This document shows, piece by piece, positions 9,772 to 23,886 of a DNA stretch of 64,000 bases. A model generated the notes under the pieces. That model was not told the origin of the DNA, searched no databases, and worked only from the letters and a program-made list of their open reading frames with translations. Numbering within the stretch: position 1 is the first letter of the stretch; each line of letters begins with the position of its first letter. The position numbers and the translations under genes were made by a program. Source of the DNA: Octopus sinensis (lineage: Eukaryota); assembly GCF_006345805.1 (NCBI RefSeq), contig NW_021833061.1:62001-126000 (forward strand), given 5' to 3'.

Positions 9772-12602
9772 ATGGTTAAAAAGGTTGTGGCTTACTATTT
9801 TAATTACTCAATTGATGACTTTTTTGTACCCTTAGATCTCTCTTGTTGTCAAAAATGAATCAGTACGGATGGAATTCGCCGTCAAGGTCAATCAACTGGG
9901 GCGTAGTGTCGTAGAAATGGCATGTTCTTATTACACATTCCTAGGTCTGCTCTGCTTTCAACCTCCGTGAGCCATGGTACCTCACTCTCAGCTACCCACA
10001 AAAGAACGGAGAAAGCTACTACTACTTGCGAAAGTCAACCAAGGTCTATTTAGTTGATAAAAGTGAATAGTTGTCCAAACAGCCTCTGGGAAAACTATCC
10101 GGGAATGTAGAATGCAATATATGCGTGTATTTGTACCCAGAAAACACTGTCACTGGTCTCATCACCCAGTCTATGATTGTAGTCCTTCACAGTTATAGCT
10201 AGGACTTATTTTACAACCATGTAAGACGTTTGGTTAGCGAAGGAGTGCTCTACATTCCTCCAGAGAGGTGTCTGGTGCTGTCCTCGATGGCAGTGCTGAA
10301 TGACTACGGACTGTACAACTCACTGCGACACAGCGGGGAGTATGTTTCCGTGGAGAATTACATTCCCGAGAGGTTCTGGTTTGACGTCATTTCAGAATGT
10401 TTGAGCAGTACGACTTGCCCAGAAGTGCTTGGCAGAATAAACTGGTTTTGTTCCACCAGCAGATCAGCGACGATTAGTAGTTTTGCACTAACTTACGTGC
10501 AGTGTCCAGAACGAGCGACAAATAAACCCGGCAGCGGAGTACCTGAAGTACTGCCAAGACGTAGACATGTTCGGAGTGGAGTACGTGCCCATCGCCAACA
10601 AGAACGGCACCAAAATGTATTTGGGACTCACTCCATATGGAATGCACGTGTATAACAACGACAACAAGTAGACAAGTCTGTGTATTGTAGAATTGACATT
10701 ATTGCCACTTTTCCATACGGAGAAGTCAGGTCGGTCACTCGCAAGAACAGGCGAGTCAAGATTGTCTTCAGTGGGGGGACGTCCTCCGATTCGGTAAGAA
10801 TGTTGGAGTAAGCAGACCTTCACAATATGGTTGGAGAATGCAGAGGACGGGACCATGTTGACTGACATGATCATGGAATACCGAACACTCTACATCCAGA
10901 ACAGGAAGGACGACTCTGAATTTATCAAACTGCTTAAAAAACAGTCCTATTCAGAAGAGGAGACTCTTCGCAGACAAAAGTAAGAATTCTTTGTGACTGT
11001 AGGGAAGTCATGGCACTCAAATACAAGGAGATTACGCAGATGGAGGATCGGGTCAGACTGATGAGTGCTCAATTGAGCAATTACGAGAATGGGGAGCAAT
11101 CGGGTAGTGTGTCTCCAATATTCAGACTTATCTGAACTGGGGGACCAAATCCAACGACTGTCTGAGCAACTCGAACAGATCACTCTCGAGAAGAGGGAGA
11201 TGGAGTCTCAGTTGAGTCAGAAAATGACCGGAGACATGGATGCAACCAATCGTATCCTGGAAGACAAGACAATGCAGATCGAGAGAATGTCCCTTCAATT
11301 GGAAAGAGCAAATGAGTTGTTGCGAGCACGTGAATATGGAGAACTGTGTGTGAAGTGAATATATTCTTTTAGTGATGTACAGACCCAAGTGATACAACAG
11401 GAAATGGAGAGGCAATTGACAGCAGGTGGGTCACTGCAGTCGTGTTGTAGAACAGAACGTATATGAATCCATTTGCCAGCAGCGAGACCAGTTGCAGGAC
11501 AAACTCCGCCTCACTCTTGAGCGACAGAGCATAACGGAGAGGGAGAGGGAGGAGCAGTTGAGGTTGGAAGAGGAGTTGAGGGCGACTGAGCGGAATTTGA
11601 CTAGCAGTATTCGTTCTGTCCCTCATTCTCAGAGTACGACGATGTCACTCCCCAAATCGACACTTTGTCGGTCAAACTACAACTTTTAATTGAAGAGAAG
11701 ACAGAACTGGAGCGTCTTCTTAGGGACGTGACCAAATCTTCCTCCGTGGCCTCGGAAGTCCGTCTCATCATGGTTGTGGTCATGTCTGATTATTTTCTTA
11801 GGAACAAGACCTTGAAAAGAAGAGGGGTGAGGTGAATAGCATGCAGAGTCAGATCTCTGACTTGGAAGAAGAGTTGAAGAGAGCAAAGAGGCTGTTGGAG
11901 ACCACAGAACAAGAAAGGTACAACACGCATGTCATTCTGAGGAATAAAACTCGTTTAATGCAACAAGAGCAATTGAACCGAGATATGGAGGAGGCCTCTC
12001 GTCTCGAAATGGAGATAAATAGACAGGAGGAACGCATGTCCGAGGCTAGACGAGAAAATGTACAGGAAATGGAGAAGAGGGCTCAATTGATGAATGATTT
12101 GGAGGAAAACAGAACCGCAATGCTCGAACAACTCAGAAATATTGATGGTACTTTCAGTTTTTCTCTAATTTAGAATCCGAGGCACCAAAATCATGTTCCT
12201 CTGCTGACATGATTGAGCAGAATTACGTCCAGTTAGAAGTTGCCCAAGTTGTAGCAGCAGAGGCTCCAATAAACCGCGTAGAGTCGGACGATGGTGATTG
12301 ACTTGGGATATGTGTTTTAGTTGAGGTTGTATTTGACGTGGAGGCAGTTTCTAATCTCCCTCGGTATGAACAAGATAGAGAACCAGCCCAGATAATGGTC
12401 AATCGGGAAATGGAGGTTATAACTGTTTAACATTTAGAACTTTGCTTCTCTCCTGGAAAGGACTAAGATTGGAAGCAAGGAGACTACTAATGACGTGATT
12501 TATCGGGCAAACATTCGCCAAGGACGAGACAAGTACAAAACTCTGCAGATGATTCGTTCCAATAATACTCGCAAGCACATCGAAGCATTCGAGCTTCGTT
12601 AG
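9772..12602 (+). CDS. ERM: Ezrin/radixin/moesin family protein (FERM, coiled coil, C-ERMAD), multi-exon
   Basis: MVKK|ISLVVK..MEFAV start with an intron after codon 4; LREPWY; MFGVEY...LGL; C-terminus GRDKYKTLQMIRSNNTRKHIEAFELR*. Confidence 0.92.
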
Positions 12603-13079
12603 TTAGTTTTCATTTACGGACTTTCTTAATAAACTAATCAATTTCTGAAGTAATGTGACAGAACAAGGAGTGTTCCAATTCATAACAGGTGATCTTGTGA
12701 TAATCAACAATGGTGGCCGATTTTTTCAGTGTTAGTGATAGATCATTTAATCTATACCATTTTCAGTTCAATTCTGACAATGCGATATTCAAATTTGACA
12801 CTTTTGCATTAGTTTTGACATTTTTATGTTAATTTTGACCTCCGATTTGTCATTTATTTTATATTTTCTGATAGGCTGTTCTTGTACGAATTTTTCATTT
12901 GAGAGTCTTGAAATAAATCGACTAGAGGCTGTTATTAATGAAATAATTTTTTTTGCAAAAAATATACAAAGAAGAAAAGTTTAATTTAGATTAGTCACCG
13001 AGCTGATGGACAGGAAATTTCCACGTAATACCGCGAGCGATATCAGTTGAAAAAGCCAGTGGGACTAAGCAACAAGTGT

Positions 13080-15960
13080 CGACTAAAAAAGCATACTTTG
13101 CAATTTTCTTACTTGCCAAGTTTGGTTTGACACAGTTTTGCCAAGTTTGGTTGCTAATTGAGTGTCTTGAAGCTTTAGGATGATACTGATTTCGTCTTAA
13201 TTTTTAAATTTTGAATGTATTTTCATGAGTTTAATCCTGTGAACTGAATCGAATGGTCTGGACATGTCAATTCCGAGTATTTCGGTGCATTGTTTGTATT
13301 CTTGACATAAGACGACTGTTCATCTATGATAACATCGGCAGTGGATCTTCTAGTTCTGAACCCACTTTGCCTCAACGACAGAAAATTTTCCACTTTAGTT
13401 CTTGTCCTCTCTAATGATCAGCGACAGTCTTTTTCGGAGCGTCGCTAGTAGGATAATAGGTTTTAATTTGGGTAGGGGATCTTTTTGTTTTCAGAGTTTC
13501 TGCAGTAGAAACTGTCAGATGTCCCTATTCGTCATCACCCAAAAAAGATTTAAATAAAATCGGGTATGTTCTGCTGCCTAATTATATGGATCATTGATAT
13601 ACAGGTTACGATTATGAAATCCCATGACCCGACCGGTTTAAAAAAACCCTCCAAACTTCTTCACCATTATTAACCCTGAGTATTCGGTCGGTAAAAACCA
13701 TTGATGGCTTAAAAATATTTGCTATTCTCTTTTATCTGTCTGTCTTCTAACTAAAGCTTATACAGTTCGCCGTAGAAGAGGGAAAGTTCAAAACTGCACA
13801 AGAAAAATTTTAAATTCTGGAAACTTTAACCGGGACGGAGGCAAAGGGAGAAGAAATCATACTTAAATGGGTAGATGGAGCCTTTGTTCATACTGAGGAA
13901 GTCCTGGAGGTTTTACGCCAGCAGCTAGCAGTGATTCAGAAGGTGGACCCTTCGTTAATGTTTCTTCGGGATATATTTGAGAAGTTGACTCTTAATTCCC
14001 GCTTGAAATATGTATTTGATGAACCCTTGTGCAGAGAAATAACCATAGAAGATACGATCGAAACAATCAGAGGTTGTAAGAATAATCCACATGGGTTTGA
14101 CTTCATCCCCATGGGGGGCACCAGAATGCCTGGTTCGAATCCTTGGGACAATGGTCATATCCCAGCTGACTGGAAACGGACAATCGTCCAAATGATCCCA
14201 AAACTTGGAAAACCAAATACGCAGAAAGCTATAGCTCAATTAGTCATATCTGCACAACTTCGAAGATAATAGAACAAATTGTTTTCAATCGTTTATCGGC
14301 TTACGTTGAGCAAAATAATATACTCGTGGAAGAACAGTGGGATTTAGACCTGGTAGATGAACCGGTCACTGTTTCTCGCTTCTTAAGAAAAAACTGTTTC
14401 GGGGCAAGCTCTATAAAGCTTGCCTAACGGCAGCTTTCTTGGATGTCTGCAAGGCTTTTGACAGTGTCTGACACTTTGGGTTGTTAGAGAAAGTGGCAAA
14501 ATCGGGTGCTGGGCTGAAAATTGTCAGATGGCTATAGAGTTTTTTATGCGATAGAAAATAGTTCGTGAGTTGTGGAAATTAGCTATTGAAAGCCGCAAAT
14601 CTGAGGAGAGGGATTCCCAAGGGATCAGTTATCAGCCCATTGCTTTTCGATATATTCCTGGCTGACGTCCCGAAATCGAATTTTATTACGAACAGACTGA
14701 TTAGAAATCTGGTTAATGGTAAAGGCTTGAATCTCGCACGGGACAAAAGCACTATTTGTTGGATTTCGACGGTTCGTGACAAAAAACCGACTTTTAAGGA
14801 TTATGGGAACCTGGTCGAAGAACCTACGCTATTTGAGAGTAACAGTAGACACCACCGGATCCTTCAAACTACATGTGGACACAAAGCGTAAACAATGTGG
14901 AAGATCATTAAAAGGACTGAAGCGTTTTTCTTTTTTCTTGATAGAATGTCAATTTTTTGTCATATAGACGGCCTTTTTGGCTTTCTTGAACCATCTTTTA
15001 GCAACGAATGTGCAATGTTTTTAATTCAGTTCGAGATTAAAGTCCGATCATCAGGTGGATATTCGGGATTATTTTGAAACAAATGTGTCGACTTTCTTAC
15101 TGAATTAATTGCGCGTAGCATCATTTGTAAGTAAATGTTCTACTGCCAATTTTCCAAAAGAGTGTTTTTTGTTTTTTCTTTTAATCACATTCTGACGTAA
15201 ATGAAGTTTAAATCGAGAGAAAGCAGCTTTGTGGTCATTCTATACAAGTGTGACTATATAATATCGTGAGTCCATCAGCATGCTTTTGAGATTATCAGAT
15301 GATGTAATCAATTTGATTGTAAATAGGTACACTCTCTCCATTCTGATTCTGTCTGCCCCGCCACGTCGTCATATATCTTGCCGGATGTTTGAATGCCATG
15401 TTGCACAAAAAAAGATCACATGCACTGAAGAAGTCTATTAAAGCTGCGCCATTCAAGTTCTCTGTTCCTCTACTATGAGTTTCATAAAATTTTCATCTTT
15501 ACGAGTGTTCCCACTTTTGTATTCCAGTCGCCTGCAAGGAAAGTGAGTGGAGAAGCGCATATATTGCCTATGGTCATGGCTAAATTCGAGTTGAAATTTT
15601 CAACTTCTTCAGGACGTGTTATTCATATAACTATTGTTAGTGCATATGCGTCAAAAGCGTTTTCCCCAGCATTAGCTGTAAAACTGATCCGCAGTTGTGA
15701 ATTGAGTTGGCATAGCGCTTATTAATTGAAAATACATGTCCATAGGTCTAAATTCCCGTTTTAGTAAGATAATCCTATATGATCCAACAATATCATCTGA
15801 ATCCTTGTTGAGCTTAGTTTCTTGAAGATAAGCTACTAAATCTCCACAATGAATAAGGTCCTCAGACAATTGTGTTCCTTGTACTGAAGAAGAATTTCCT
15901 CTGAAATTAAACTTCATAAATAGGAACCCTCCAGGAAGTGTATTAAACATTAGTACAAGA
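13080..15960 (-). mobile_element. Degenerate RTE-like LINE (APE ~15170-15960, RT ~13080-13560), split by another LINE
   Basis: LQETKL, AGDWNTKVG and YNQIDYII in the endonuclease; QSGFRTRRSTAD and IDMSRPFDSV in the RT. Confidence 0.75.
13800..15000 (+). mobile_element. Degenerate LINE reverse-transcriptase fragment nested in the RTE-like element
   Basis: IPADWKRTIVQMIPKLGKP, FLDVCKAFDSV and GIPKGSVISPLLF. Confidence 0.8.
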
Positions 15961-16248
15961 GAAGGACGTCACCACCTCAACCAAAAAGATCTCCGCTAAT
16001 ATTCTCTCGTTAAAATGTAAAGGGAAACGTTTTAAGGACCTATTCATGTGAATCAAGGACATATTTCTTGTTCATTTTAACCAAAGTGCAAAAAATATTT
16101 TTGGCGGGAAGGTTTTAAGGACCTCGTTATTGAGGATATTCTTGATATGTTAGATTGTTGGATGGAAGGTTTTTGGAAGACATCATTTTGTACATATTCC
16201 CATTAATAAAGGGGAAAGATTTTCTGAATTTATCTGTATTTTTCTAAT

Positions 16249-16690
16249 TTAAAGTTGGTTAAGGCATTCCTTGTCCACCAGGTTCCCGATGGAAGGGAGG
16301 GGGAGAGCTTTTAACCAGACACCGCTGCCTTCGCAGCGACCTGCACAAAGGCAAGCGACACGGTGTTGATTGGAGACAGGAAGGAGGCCTTCGAAAATTG
16401 CCTGAAAAGAGATTTCGTCCCATTGACGCTGTACAGATTGAGAATTAGGCAGCTTCGAACCAAACCGAGCCTCCCACCGACCACGGGCTGCAGAGTAATC
16501 TTCAGACAATTTCCGTTCGGGGAGGTTTCTAAGAATCTGAGAGAGTACGAGAAGCATAGTGGGCGGATAGGAATGCGGGGAGGGCAAGATCGGAATAAGA
16601 TCTCAAGGCAAGGCCGCCCAGCGCACAGGCAGGGATGCCTGAGTCCAGCCTGGATCGTCGAAAGCCAGATTGCAAAGAGAGCTCGTACCG
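16249..16690 (-). mobile_element. CRE retrotransposon internal fragment
   Basis: QRQWDEI..GLL...ACLCAG..EGSGVWLKALP.PSIGNLVDKE aligns to the post-RT region of ORF 3574-6588. Confidence 0.85.
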
Positions 16691-16742
16691 AGCCATACAA
16701 TTTATTATTAAGATTTAAAATAATATTAGTCACTCCTATAAC

Positions 16743-19414
16743 TTAGAATTGTTCCAAATTAACTTCCGTTTTCTAGCTTTATGAAAAAAAGTACTTTTTT
16801 GGTAACACGCTTCTTCCGCTTAGGACGTGATTTGGATGGAGAACTCTCTTCCTGTCCCTTACAAAATAATATTAATATCACTAACATCTGGGAGGTCAAA
16901 CACGTTTGAAACATGGGGAACATGTTCACTTGGTACTCTGTCGACGTCCTTCCCTTTCTCTCTTTTTTTTTTTTTTTTATCTTTGTCGGCATAAAATCGT
17001 CTGGATTGGCCAATTTCACTAAAAGTTTATGAAATATTAAATTACAGGATGGCAGGACGGGATTCCCAGCCTCGCTCTAATTAAATAACACACATACAGT
17101 TTTACATCAATTTCAGGAATTTGTTTTGGGGAGATCTCATCTTTGACTGGCATGAACTTATTCAATATTCGTCTTTCACTCTTCTCACTGTGCTTCTTGT
17201 TAATCCAGTTATGCAAATCAAGTCTAGCAATTTCGAATGAACACTACCCATTAGGGACAGGCAATTTTCTTTGGGCTCCAGGAGCAACTGGATTTAGTTC
17301 TTGAGAGAAAATTGGTTTCCAACAGTTAACAACGTCCTCGATAGGAAAGTCAGCGTAAAGCATTTCCAATAATTCAACAAGAAGACAAGCCTACGAATCA
17401 AATGCACTATTAAAACGCGTTCTTGAACTTCGACATGCTGACTCTGTTTAAAGAAGATAAGAATATTATTCCATTGAGTGAGGGAAATGGAAAGGATAGA
17501 ACTATGACCAGATTGGCACACTAATTCGATGACGAGACGAGTAATGGCCTGGACACAAGAGGCCTCGACAAACCCAGGTCGAGTTGGAGTAATTGAAGGA
17601 CATAGTTTCTCAACATGAGTGAGATTTTGAATGAGTGAGAGAATGTCCTTTACGTACCTTTGAAAATGAAAATGAACGACACACTGTGAGTATTGGGAAA
17701 CTATCCACGCAGCAGCAGACAAGACGTAAACATTTTCCCCGTGAAGAACAAGAGAAGAGTGCACCAAGTTGTCAATGAGGATAATCTTTAATAATAAGAG
17801 CAAACAAACCATTTGTTGAACTATGAACTCCCTGACTGATTTGACGCGAACTGCGACAGTCAAAAGTTGTTCCACAATGAGTGAAGAGTTGTGGTCACTC
17901 TGAAAGGAAGCAAGGTGGATAAGAGTGGCAACATACCTAAAATGGACTATCGGTGTCATACCACTCAAAGTTGGAAATATTCTCAAAGTTATTATCCTTG
18001 CAAATTTGTATTATAGTGTAGATGAGTTTACCCGAGTATTCTCCCTCATATAATGTCAGTCCCTTCTTTAAATATTCGACTGACATCATGAGATTGTCTC
18101 TGTCCACCTGCAATGTCAGGATATGTCCACCAATCGACGAATAAGCGACAGGGCTCTGATTCTGATGGACTGATCATGTTCGTGGAGACAGTTTGTGATT
18201 CGCTGATGGAAAGGAAGGAGAGCACTGTTCTGAGGAACACGAGACATGATGAGCAGTCCGAGGTACCTCACTGAAATCAAAGAGTGGGCATACGGTTAGG
18301 ATCGTTGTCGTCGACGAAGTGTGCTAGTCTTTGAAGACAATACTAAAAAGTGACTAAACAAGACAACAGTGGTTCCTTGTTGGTGAGTGTTGCTTTGCAC
18401 TATGAATGAAATTATCATGCCAAACCAATAGCGAGAATGCACTCAAGAACAAGCGAAGGTGAATTATGGCTAGAATAGTCATATCATCCTACCTTTTGAC
18501 AGAATTGAGGAGAGGGTCGTACAATTTCTTGATCAACCGAGGCTCGACTGTCAGAAGAGAAGAAAACTGGAATAATAAGGGAATGCCACCAATTTGATCA
18601 GTTTTATGTGAATCCAGTTATGTGAAGGGTCTTTAAGCAAGTCGAACAGAGAGGGTGCCATCACAACATAGTCAGCAGGCTTCCACTTGGCCAACTCGCA
18701 TATCAAGCACACTGTGGCCGTCCTCACCCCCGAGTCCTCGTGTTTGAGCAGATTTTGCAGAGTCGGGAATGCCTGTTTGACGGAAAATGGATATTTCTGA
18801 AACATTCGGTGGAGGACGAGAACAGCCCGTTGGCGGACGACCTGACTTGTGGAGGAGGATATCTGCTCGAAATAGGGAAATACCACTGTCATGACATCAT
18901 CAAATAGAATATTGGCCATATCTTGTGTGGCATAGCTGGATATCGAATGGAGGGCCCAGTTGATTATCAGGTGGTTACGGTTGTGCAAATCCTGGATAAG
19001 ACACGTAGAATACCTTCTTTAGTAGATTGGTGGTGAGGACAATCATTTCTATTCCCTCGTAGAAAATGAGAGAACCACACAAATATCCGATTTTCTATGT
19101 TAAACATATCGAATTACCTTTATTGCGAGTTTCTCAGAACTCATGACCTCGATAACATTAAAAGCACACCAGCTCACGTTGTATCCCAGCATTTGAAGCT
19201 ACCAATAATGCACATCCCCAACATATAAGAGTTTGTTCAGGGCATTGGCTTTGGTTTCTATTTTTGTGCTTTTTAATTCTTGGCGTGCCTCGTCAATGCA
19301 CTTGGAAATGAATGCATCCTGGTCATCAGCCGCGCGAATGCCTTTGATCATTTTCTGAGTGTTCATTTCTAGTATTGACCCGAGTGTCTTTTTCACTGTG
19401 GACTTGACTGACAT
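16743..19414 (-). CDS. AP3D1: AP-3 adaptor complex delta subunit, many micro-introns; 3' end approximate
   Basis: KMIKGIRA..FISKCIDEARQELKS....KANALNKLLY; VRQRA.L.LHRMFQKYP; EDSGVRTATVCLICELA; NWIHIKLIKL. Confidence 0.88.
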
Positions 19415-21948
19415 TCTAAAAATATTGAAAATGAACCAAACAGTTATGTAGAACACCCAAACAACAATTAATTCAATTTGTATATAATTTTATTATTTTT
19501 ATTTCACCCATTTTATTAACCAAACTCAAAATTGATGTCTATTTTAATGATTCTTTAAGATATATGGCCGCCTTCTAAATGAAAAAAACACCTCTCTAAT
19601 AGATCTTTTTTGTAGTCGAGTTCAGGAGCTATTTTTGGAGAATAGAGTCGAGTACTAGAATCTATAATCTCCCATGCTAAAAGTTAAGCTTTTTTACAAT
19701 CAGGTCACACCTATCAGAATTCAGTAAATAGTATAATATCTGTTTTTTTGAATGAATTAATGAATGTTTATTGTAAGAAAGTCGAAAAGTGGCAGTATGT
19801 GGACAGAAATAGACGAGACGATTGCTCGGGGCAATTGAGCTCTTCAGTTTTACGACCGGTTTTCTGTAGCGTTTCAGGTTAGTCAACAATTCAATCCGAT
19901 CAATATATAGTTTGGTCACTTGCGATCATCTCCGGAAAATCCTGATTGAGTCTTAGATGATATGCTCTATTGCTGAGGACATATCCCCCGCCCAGCTTGG
20001 GAGAGGACCACCTGGGATCAACCCGTAGCCTAGCTTCTGTCTATAGCGCTGTATTTTTTAAATTTCAGCAGGGTTTTCTTGTATTGCTCTAAGACTTGGA
20101 AAATACTTTAAGTTTAAGTATTACCACGCATTTATTCCATACATTAGACTGGACAGGATGATCCCGTGGAAGACAAACAGAAAGTTACTTGGATCCAAAT
20201 GCATACTCTTTAAGCAGCGATGGGTTTTTTTCTTTCTCCTTGATATGCAAAGAGTAGCCTGAGTTAACGTCAATTGTCGGTCCTCGATAACGTATTTAAT
20301 TTTGGGGAGCAATTCCCGCCAGGGACCCGGGTCCTAACCTGGTGACTTTTTTGCGTTGATTTTGATGTAGGCAGACTTGTTCAAGACCAGCGAGAGTTAT
20401 TACTGCTGCACTACTTTTTTATCACTCTAATGCAGGTGTTCTCAACCAGGGGCGAATCGCCCCCCTAGGGGCGAAAATTTTGTACAGGGGGGCGATAATA
20501 TATTTAATAAAATATTCGAATTTTAATATAATACAAGTATTTATACAGTCTGTAACAGCAAAAAGGAATATTCTTAAAAAACCATTTAAAATTAAATAAT
20601 ATTCATTTTAAATATTTAAATCACTCTAATGACATTAATTATTATGTAATTACATTTTTATAAATTTTAAAAATCTTTGAAAATACATAATTTTAGTCAA
20701 TTATTTGAAATTTTGTAACAGCAAAAAGTAATATATCAAAACCCAACAATAAAAACCATTGAATTAATAGTTAATATATTTTCCCTTGGCACGACAAAGG
20801 TCCAATGTTCTTTTTCTAAAACTTAACGACAATTTTTTGCATATTTCTTCATCAAATTCATTCCAAACGTTTAAAATTTCGGCCTTTAGATCTTTTAAAT
20901 TCTGAGGCGCTCTTTCTGCTATTTTCTCTTTAATTATTCCCCATAAGTTTTCGATTTGGTTACAATCAGGAGATTGGGGGGCCATTGCAACAATTCAACA
21001 TTTTTTTCATTCAAGAATTGTTTAGTAAGCTTTGCTGTGTGTTTAGGATCGTTATCCTGTTGGAACACAAATTCATCAAGCTGCATTTTTTCCGCATAAG
21101 AAAACAAATTCCTTGATAAAATATCAATATATTTGTATTTGTCCATTATACCGTCAATAAAAACTAATTTGCCGACGCCATAATATGAGAAACAAGCCCA
21201 AACCATCAAACTGCCACCACCATGTTTTACAGTAGGTAAAATATTTTGGGGTTCTAACTTTTTATTGCGTTTTCGCCAAACAAAAGGCTTTCCATTGGTG
21301 TAGAAAAGGTTAATTTACATTCATCTGAAAAAATAATGCTCTTAAGTTTCTTTTCATCATATTGAATCCATTTGCATGCTGCTTCATAACGTAATTTAAT
21401 TATTCGTGGTGTTAGCAATGGTTTTTTTATTGGTTTGTAGGCATATATTTTTTTTCTTGTTCAACATTCTTTTAATTGTCATATGACTAATTGATAAATT
21501 TCTCTCATTTTTTAATTTAATAGAAATTTCCTAAGTGACAATCTGGAGTTTTGTTCAATTTCATAAGAAATCATGTTTGAAATTTCTTCAGAATAAATAT
21601 TATGACCACCACTGCCTTTTCTGGGTACCTTTGTATTGCTTAAAGATATTTTTTTTATTTGTTTCGAAATTGTTGATTGGCTAACGTGCAGAATAGATGC
21701 AATATGTTTTGCTTGAAACCGGCATTTTTTAATGAAATAATTTGTGCTATTTTATTTGAAGTCAGTTTCATTTCTATAAGTTATTATTTATTTATCATGT
21801 ACACAACAGGAATCAACAGAAATCAACAGAAATTTTTAAAAATCAAAAATATTACTTTTTGCTGTTACAAAATTTCAAATAATTAACTAAAATTATGTAC
21901 TTTCAAAGATTTTTAAAATTTATAAAAACGTAATTACATAATAATTAA

Positions 21949-23856
21949 TGTCACCGGTTTTTGCTGGGACCCGGCATCTGCTAGGACCGCAAGCGTATTT
22001 TCAAATAAAAAATATTGAAAATAGTTTATTAACAGTAATAAACACATATTTATTAATTATTTTTAAAAAAGAATATTACTTTTATAAAATTAAACTGTCA
22101 CGTGAAAAATGGGTCTACTGGTTTTGACTAGAGATACTTTGTCAAAAATCAAAGAATACAAAGAATCCTAGATTTGGATGAAGTTTTTGATAAGAAGGAG
22201 AGATATAAAGTCAAACAACATGCAGAAACCTTTTCTTTTGCTGATGGAAAAGCTTATATACGAAGAAATGGCCTAAATCTACGATTTTTTTGTATTGAAG
22301 ACGCAGAACTAAAATTACTAATGATTGAAGTATTGGTTGTCATCTAAAAATAGTCCGAGCATAATTCTAATCTTGTTGATCTGCGCCGATATGTGGAAGT
22401 GAATGATTCAAATTCTTGGGTATACTTTCAGAATTGTAATTTATAGGTACTTGTACTTATTGATTCTTTTTCTAAATTTGGAGTTGTGGAGCTAGCCAAA
22501 AATAAACCTGGTGCTGAGATTTCTTCGTTATTACAAAATATTTTTACATAATTGGCCCCCCAGTCATTCTACAAACCGATAACGGGAGGGAATTTATGAA
22601 TTCCTATGTAAATGCAAATTGCGAAAAAAATGAAAATAAAACAAATTTGTGGAAGACCCAGAGCACCTTGGATTCAAGGCCAGGTTGAAAGGTAACCTAC
22701 AGCAAATAAATTATCAAACTTTTTAGATTTAATCAATCTATCAAAAGGTGGATTCATCTACAAGTAGTTCTAATAGAACTTTTGGCGTCTATAAAGATAT
22801 TATTAAAGAATTGTTTACGACTATAATCGTTCACGACATGCCACAACAAAGCATTTCCTTTCAATATCTTTATGGGAGTAAGAGGCAATTATGCACCAAG
22901 TGGTGAAGAAATGGAAGCTCTCTGCGCGTTTAATGGAGAAGATGCTGATGCTGAAATTCAATTTGTTGAAAATGAAGTAACTCATGAGGAAAATATTGCA
23001 AAAATTTGTTATCAACATACGAGAATCTAACGAAAGCAGGAGAAAAAATGAAAAACAAACGGAAATGGAAATTCGACGAAAACGACATTAAGTTTGTTTA
23101 TCACGTGTTATAATGCGGATTTAGGTGGGGGATAATGTTCTATTACGGCAGGATATTGATGCTAATCCGCAGAATAGAAATTATCCATTATACGATCAAA
23201 TTGATACAAAAAAATATAAAGTTATTGCGCGAGAAAATATGAATTTTGATATTGAAGATGAAGAAGGATTTGTCATAAAAGGAACAAATATTGCGAGACT
23301 TTATAAAATTGATTAAAAAATAAGGCTTTGTTTATAAAAAAAAAATAAGGCTTGTGTTAAAATAAGGGTTAAGGATAGGTTGGGGTTAGGGATAAGGTTG
23401 GGGTTAGGGATAGGGTTAGGGATAAGGTTGGGGTTAGGGATAGGGTTAGGGATAAGGTTGGGGTTAGGGATAGGGTTAGGGATAAAGTCGAAGTTAGCTT
23501 AGTTTTTGAGATAAAATTAAGATTTTTTCAGGCCAAAGATAAAAATGTTGTATTTTTATCACGGAATAATACTTTTTGTGTTTTTTATTTAATTTTTATT
23601 TAAAAAAAAATATAAATAGTTTAATTTTTTTGGACTGGTAACCCAAATATTAATTAAATATTTAAAGTTCAACGGCGTTAATAACGAATGTTGGGGTATG
23701 TTGGTTTTGTACCAAAAAGAATTTTCAGTAAATTGGAAACTATCAGCATTTTAGGGTTAAACTTTAACTATTTAATAATTTTAGATATAAATAAAGCGAT
23801 TTAGTCGATTTTTAGGGCGGTCAAGGAGATGCCGGTCCCAGCAAAAACCGGTGACA
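21949..23856 (+). mobile_element. Ginger2/TDD-like DNA transposon A with a degenerate retroviral-type integrase
   Basis: ~30-bp TIRs TGTCACCGGTTTTTGCTGGGACC; 5-bp TSD attaa; integrase remnants IDSFSKF and QTDNGREF. Confidence 0.8.
23362..23486 (+). repeat. Telomere-like (TTAGGG-variant) higher-order repeat with a 30-nt unit
   Basis: gggttagggatagggttagggataaggttg repeated exactly at 23401-23460, with partial copies on either side. Confidence 0.9.
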
Positions 23857-23886
23857 ATTAATGTCATTAGAGTGATTTAAATATTT

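Noticed and set aside
17294-17986. 230-aa standalone ORF
   Set aside because: It is a frame running through AP3D1 exons and micro-introns.
23362-23486. True chromosome telomere or misjoin
   Set aside because: The repeat is short, variant-rich and enclosed by matching Ginger TIRs and a TSD.
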